Assembly (NCBI GenBank): GCA_030265395.1
Contig: JARFYF010000053.1
Coordinates: forward strand, 19,043,009-19,107,008
DNA: 64,000 nucleotides
Direction of reading: 5' to 3'
From: Rhina ancylostomus
Taxonomy: Eukaryota
Both the position numbers and the translations under genes were made by a program. The notes beneath the pieces were generated by a model. The model had not been told where the DNA came from. It saw nothing but the letters and a program-made list of their open reading frames with translations, and did not search any database. Of the stretch, positions 63,222-64,000 are shown piece by piece; within the stretch, counting starts at the first letter, position 1; each line of letters begins with the position of its first letter.

Positions 63222-63680
63222 TGGAGCAACACACACAAAATGCTGAAGGAATTCAGCAGGTCAGGCAGCATCTGTGAAGGGAAATAAACAGTCGACGTTT
63301 CGGGCTGAGACCCTTCATCGAGACTGGAAAGGAAGAGGGCAGAAGCCAGAATAAGAAGGTCAGGGGAAGGGGAGGAGTACAGGCTGGCAGGTGATAGGTG
63401 GGTGCAGGTGAAAGGGCGAAGGTAGGTGGGTGGGGGTGGGGGGATGAAAGAGAGTGCTGTCAAAAGCTGAGAGGTGATAGGTGGAAGAGGCAAAGGGCTG
63501 AAGGAGAAGGAATCTGATAGGGGAGAACAGTCAGCCATGGATTAAAGGGAAAGAGGTGGGGAATAGATGGGTAGGTCATGAGGGTGGAGGAAGGGGAAAA
63601 GAGAAGGGGAGAGTGGGCCACAGGAATAAGGGAGGAGAAAGGGGTGGGTGCGGAAGAGGGAAGGGGCTACTGAAAGTTAG
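63222..63680 (-). mobile_element. Penelope-like element 3' end (left arm of inverted pair)
   Basis: Begins at the ORF end (minus ..SNFQ*), then UTR, hammerhead motif (63289-63326) and terminus. Confidence 0.8.
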
Positions 63681-63980
63681 AAGAGGTTGGAGGAACGACA
63701 CCTCATATTCCGCCTTGGTGTCCTCTAACCTGATGGCTCAACATTGATTTCTCTGACTTCCGGTAACCCCTCCCCATTTTACTACTGCCTCTCACCCGAA
63801 CTCACCTATCACCTGCCTGCATGTGCTCCTCACCCTCCCCCAATCTTCTTATTCTGGCTTCTGCCCTCTTCCTTTCCAGGCTTGATGAAGGGTCTCAACC
63901 CGAAACGTCGACTGTTTATTTCTCTGCATGGGTGCTGCCTGACCGGCTGAGTTCCTCCAGCAATTTGTATGTGTTGCTCC
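63681..63980 (+). mobile_element. Penelope-like element 3' end with GIY-YIG endonuclease C-terminus (right arm)
   Basis: KRLEERHLIFRLGVL*PDG/NIDFSDFR* matches the PLE GIY-YIG ending R..EE..LI..LG.L.P.G.N. It is followed by a hammerhead motif at 63877-63914. Confidence 0.85.
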
Positions 63981-64000
63981 AGTGAATGGCGATAGTTCTG

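Noticed and set aside
1385-63980. Recurrent ~100-bp repeats as a CRISPR-like or regularly spaced array
   Set aside because: Copies are dispersed, diverged, in both orientations and tied to Penelope GIY-YIG sequence in a vertebrate context.

Overview
Eukaryotic, AT-rich, gene-poor DNA (intergenic or deep intronic) from a gapped assembly. The repeat content points to a cartilaginous fish, probably a ray or shark (inference from repeat families). I found no intact protein-coding gene, RNA gene or CRISPR array. The ORFs with a recognisable product are decayed retroelement fragments, and the longest ORFs are artefacts of N-gaps. The window is a layered fossil record of transposons: CR1/HER1-type, Rex1/Babar-type, RTE and L2 LINE pieces, V-domain and Deu-domain SINEs, and many Penelope-like (PLE) terminal fragments. 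The most notable signals are: (i) minimal hammerhead-ribozyme motifs with covarying stems in the PLE termini; (ii) a head-to-head inverted PLE pair at about 63.2-64.0 kb; (iii) V-SINEs with swapped LINE-derived tails, one carrying a 30-bp micro-inversion; (iv) a possible fossil PIF/Harbinger transposase; (v) two unassigned repeated sequences. Repeat boundaries are approximate and family names come from recalled consensus motifs, not database searches. I see no convincing evidence of a wholly new biological system.
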